This document shows, one piece after another, positions 59,404-64,000 of a stretch of DNA of 64,000 nt. The position numbers and the translations under genes are program-made. Position 1 is the first letter of the stretch. Each line of letters starts with the position of its first letter. Source of the stretch: Geosiphon pyriformis uo1 (Eukaryota > Fungi > Glomeromycota); NCBI GenBank assembly GCA_016748015.1, contig JAAOMT010000523.1, positions 1,284,546 to 1,348,545 on the forward strand. Direction: 5' to 3'. The notes under the pieces were generated by a model. That model made no database searches. It was not told the DNA's origin and saw only the letters and a list, made by a program, of their open reading frames with translations.

Positions 59404-62400
59404 TTGATATGCTCTCTGTTTAATTGGTATTGTATTTTTAGTTTTAATTTAATACTGGATGATATTAGTTCTGATAAATTCATTTTTATTTGTAAAAATA
59501 AAATTGTTGAATAATAGTTTAAGTTGCATATGTTAAAATGAATTCAAGTTTCTTAAGTTCATTTGTTCTAATTGTTCTGGTTAAAACAAGTAATATTCTT
59601 TTTGTTTATAAATTATTTGTAATATAAAGTCCACATATTTACAAAGTTATGGAAAATTTAGAATGGTAATTGGTATTTAATTTTCAATTTTAGTATTTAA
59701 GTATCTGATAATAATTTCTTTTAGTATTTCTATTAGATTTTTGGTTGTATTATATATTAAAATTTTGATGTTTTTGTGGTTTTTGGCTGGTACATAAAAA
59801 TTAGTAATGGCAGTTTTTTCTAATTTACAAATAATAAATTCTATTTCAAAAATCTGGAGTTGATTTTTCACTTTCTTTTCTATAATTAATATATATGATT
59901 ATATAGTAAAATAAAAATTAATTAATTAATAAAGATAATTTTTTTCTAATCAATAGTTTTTTCTTTACCATATTAACTGGTACTTCTATTCTATTTATGA
60001 ATTCAAATTCTTTTATTTCTCTTGCTGTGATCTCTAACTCTTTTATTGTTTTTACTAATACTAATTAAGCTATTTTTACCAAAGATAAAAATATTGTCTG
60101 TGCTATTTTTTTATTTGATTTGATAATATATGTCTTTTTTAATTCATTTTATAGTATTGTAATAATATTTTTATATATTTTACATTAATTATTTCTTTTC
60201 TAATATTAATTCCTTTTTTATTAAATTAAATCTAGATGCTAATTAAATTATTATTGTTGTTGTTAGAATTTCCAGTACTATTTTTAAATTTATGTTGATG
60301 CATAACTAAAATTCCAATCTAATAACAATTTTTCTAAGATATCTAAGATCAAAATTTGTATTAGTATTATGTATATATTCTGGCATAATATTTTTGTTGT
60401 TATTATTGAACTATTTAAAGTTTTGCTCTATTAAGAGATTTGAAAGCACAATATATTGTTCAGGATTTTTATTGAAGTTGAAATCACTGTTATTGTTATT
60501 ACAATTGTAAATAGTATTGGAATCATTGTTGTTATTATTGCCAGAATTTGAATTGAGATTAAGTTCTAGTCCTAATTCTGAAGTATAATTGTTAATTGGT
60601 TTTTTTTTTGAAAATTGAATAGATTATGCACAGTAGTAAATTGTAAATAAAGTTACAATTATTACAATATTTAAAATCACTGGAAATTAGACAATATTTA
60701 CAGAATTTAGTGTTTAATTGCTTTAAATACTACTTTTATTCTTTTTGCATGAGTATTAGATCTTGGTAATGTTTATAAAATTGTTCTGAATCACTTATAA
60801 TATCAACAAAAATATTTGGATTTAAAATAAAAATGGTTTTAACAAATTCTAATGAGTTGTTTTTGATTACTAATATCTTATTAAGTAAAGTGTTTTTAAC
60901 TTTAACATTTGCTATTTGCCAGATTTTGTTTTTGTTATGTGAATAGCCATTTAAACATGACAGAGCTCTGTTTTACATAATGTTGAAAAACATTTCTCTG
61001 CTTATCCAATTATTAATAAGAATTATATATTAACATAATATATTGTATGTTTTTCTTTAATCAAAAATATTATTTTATATTCTTTTATTGAATAGAGTTT
61101 TTTTACAGACTAAATAAAATTCATTGTTTTATTTTCTCTGTTATTTTGAATATTCAAAATGTTTTCAATGATATATTTTGCAATAATAACAGATATGTAT
61201 TTTGTATTTTTTTTGACAAGATTCAAGCTTTCATAAATAAAAGCTTTTTGTTATAATTAATGTATTTAGATGAGATATAAAATAAGTGTTTTCTTGGTAT
61301 TAGTATTAAATATAGAATATTCTAACTGTTGGTTGTTTTTTCTGTGATAGTAGTGGCTTGAGATTTGTTTTTTTTTTATCTTTTTATTCCAAATAAGTAT
61401 TAATAGTAGTTTATTGTATTTGTTTTTAGCCTATAAGACTTGATAGACTTTTCAAATAGGTTTTTCTTTTTTTTTTCCAACTTGATCAATGATTGCTTTT
61501 TTAAAAAAGCTTTAAAGTATCTACAAGTAACAAATATTCAAGTATGCTGACTACTGAATGTTAGCTGGTATTATAGCTGTTTATTTGGAGTATGAAAACA
61601 AATAATAAATCTGTAACTTAGTGTTTAATAGCTAATACAATTGATAATATCTGAAAGTTTTCTGGATCTGAAGATTTTCAGTTGATCTAAAGATTTTGGG
61701 TGGAGTTCTTTGTATAATGAACAGAGATTTAATAGTTGTTTTCAATTCTGTTAATTTTTTTTTCAGCTTAATGGCTAATAATCTTCCTAATAAGTAATCC
61801 TTAATTTTTGAGTGTTTACCCTTTTTCTGGGGTTTTTTATCAGTGTCTTTAATATTAGTAACTCCACATATTAAATTTTTAATCAATTAATAAACAACAA
61901 AGAAACAAAAAAAAAGAAAATAAAAGAAATAAAGAAAATAAAGAAAAAAAATAAGCCAAGGCAATTAAAGAATTAGTATTCTATCAATAGCCATAATCAA
62001 GAGCTATTAGTTTAGTATGGTTAAGTGTTAATAACTATCAACATAAAATGTTAATAGTAGAGAGTAATTAATATTCTTTAATTAAATGATAACAACATAA
62101 ATTGAATAATAATAAATAATTTATTAATATTTAATGATTTTACTTTGGTTAATAGTAATTATCTTTGAAGTGTTTATTTTATTAGATAGGAAGGGGATTT
62201 TACTCTCTGAATTCTTTGTATTAATTCTGTCTTTTTTGGTTCTAACACTACTGTTATATATACATAAATCTCATTATATGAAATTTCTTGAATTTTTTAA
62301 TTTCTTAACCTAAAATCCTGCAATTCCTTCTAAGAGAATTTTGTAATTTTGGAATCTTGCAATTTTTTGACAAGAATTCTGGAATTCTTTTTTTACTACA

Positions 62401-62716
62401 TTTATCTCTAATTGGCAAATTTATATATTAATACATAATTTCTATATTCTATGAGTAATACTGAAGCTTTTGAATGTTCTAATTAAATATGAAATTAGTT
62501 TTAGACAGCCAGTTATTATCAATGAGAGCTTGGTACTGTATGGCTTCCATTACTAAAACTTTGATTGGTGTAATAATACCATTAATTTCAAAAAGAAGTT
62601 GTTAATTTTACCAATAAGAGTCTTAATCACTTTATTAACAGTAATAATTCTGGCACTGGCAATACAATCAACTTGGTGACTTAATTGGTCCATGAATTGT
62701 TGTGTAATGATGCTGT
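59404..62716 (-). pseudogene. pol: Element H: very decayed C-like pol fragment (protease, Cys-rich, dUTPase about 59995-60360, spacer, RT start); host of G; 5'-truncated at about 62716
   Basis: Reverse-complement similarity to C 27665-27875 and 39636-41870. Confidence 0.8.
61569..62460 (-). mobile_element. Solo LTR, family L2, in protease of H
   Basis: TATTATAG...GAGTAATA termini, TSD CTGG/CTGA, similar to 2692-3537. Confidence 0.85.
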
Positions 62717-63365
62717 TCTTACTTTATCATACCAGAATGTGATGCCTATAAACCATAACATGATTAATATAGGATTATCTCTATATAAAAAATATAATAT
62801 GAAACTAATATACATTAAGTCCACTATGGAACCAAAGAATTACAGCACTATTAAAAGCATATTAAAGAAAGCTTAAGGAGAAAAAATTGCTTCATATGTT
62901 TTTAAAATCAACAATACCCAAACTCTCCAGGAGTATCTAAATAAAGAAAAAATCATTAATGAAATTTACCAAGAAGAACAAAAAATAATAAATAATAAAC
63001 GAGCATTAACACCAACACATGATGAACCAAGAAAGAAACGAAAACTAAAAACATAAAACAAATATCTGTTTCTTATAATTATCGATAATCGGGACAAATT
63101 TCCATGATTCTTTATATACTGTTCAAGTAATAATAATAATATGCAAAAGTACTGTACATACTTTGTTTAAGAGAGTAATAAAAAGAATCGATTGTTGTAA
63201 CTGTTTTTTGCAATTCAAATTCAGTTATCCATTATCATACGACTCGTTACAATACACACGTAAAAAACAATTGCTTCACTTCCAAAAACAGAATTGCATT
63301 ACGTAGTAGTAGCAGAATATTAAACCATTTGTTAATTGTTCCATAACGTGATATGCAAAGAAGCG

Positions 63366-63372
63366 TATAAAA
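63366..63372 (+). promoter_or_regulatory. Candidate TATA box of the host gene
   Basis: GCGTATAAAAG in CpG-retaining unique sequence about 220 bp upstream of the ATG. Confidence 0.5.
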
Positions 63373-63499
63373 GAGATTTCCCTTTGTCTTGTCTCTGACA
63401 AAAGCATGGAGGGTTCCCGATCTGCTTTGCCAAGTGTGCTGGATCCGGGTAACTATAGTTGATTCGGCGCTTCAATACGGAGAAGTATCACATGTTTGT

Positions 63500-63586
63500 G
63501 TAAGTAAAACGTATAAACAGGGCTGACGCAGATCGCGACTGTTCCTTTTTATCACTATCTTTCACTAACTTACGAAAAACATCTAG
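63500..63586 (+). other. Candidate spliceosomal intron in the 5' UTR
   Basis: GTAAGT donor, pyrimidine tract, CTAAC branch (63565-63569), and TAG acceptor 2 nt before the ATG. Confidence 0.6.
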
Positions 63587-63588
63587 AC

Positions 63589-63778
63589 ATGGACGTGGAT
63601 GCAAAAGTAATGGAGAAAATGTTCTTTACTTGGAAATACAGTAAAGACTATCCCAGCGCAACCTTTGAACAATGGGATGCTGCATACAACGAATACAAAG
63701 ACTTCTACGCTAAATACCATCAAGACAACCCTGGCGCGACCACAAACTGCTATGAGGAATACCTCAAGACAAAGCAAG
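63589..63778 (+). CDS. Probable first coding exon of a host gene of unknown function (MDVDAKVMEKMFFTWKYS...LKTKQG)
   Basis: Normal GC/CpG, C-ending codons, and a strong G|GTAAGC donor at 63779; the gene likely continues beyond the window. Confidence 0.6.
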
Positions 63779-64000
63779 GTAAGCAATGAATACACGTTTA
63801 TTGGAGGATAGAGGAGCAACGTGGAGAAGAGTTTGAATACTGTTACTGGTTTTGTGCTATATTGCAAGAGAGGCAGTTGGACGTTGTTAGTTGGGGCAGA
63901 GCTTATCGTAGCAGAGCTAGGTTTATACGTAAACCCATTTGAAAGACAAATAAGCAAGATACGATACGTTTGGGGTCGTAGGAGAAGTGGTTGCTGTGCT

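Noticed and set aside
63583-63957. 124-aa minus-strand ORF
   Set aside because: Antisense to the + exon, which has TATA, intron and donor support; non-ATG start.

Overview
About 62.7 kb of this AT-rich, CpG-poor eukaryotic window is one nest of Ty3/gypsy (Metaviridae) LTR retrotransposons. The proteins and style suggest a Glomeromycotina fungus, possibly Geosiphon-like; this is inference, not verified. From LTR termini (TGTTAC...GTAACA), PBS/PPT and 4-bp target-site duplications (TSDs) I reconstruct eight internal-region elements (my labels A-H) and nine extra LTRs (eight solo, one truncated by the window edge), from five LTR families (L1-L5). Nesting reaches five layers (H>G>C>B>A). A (8100-17964), B, E and F have both LTRs; all copies are pseudogenised by C>T/G>A decay. 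Three families with dissimilar LTRs share an unusual design: (i) one gag-pol frame that appears to open at a conserved GUG, followed in A and B by about 700 nt free of AUG before the capsid AUG; (ii) a Cys-rich domain and a dUTPase between protease and RT; (iii) a stop codon just after RNase H, with integrase as a separate ORF with its own start; (iv) a conserved third ORF in the env position; (v) a U5 sequence that folds back over the PBS; (vi) 4-bp TSDs centred on TG/CA. The last 1.3 kb is non-repetitive, regains CpG from about 63.0 kb, and holds the promoter and first exon(s) of a probable host gene. All counts and alignments were done by eye.
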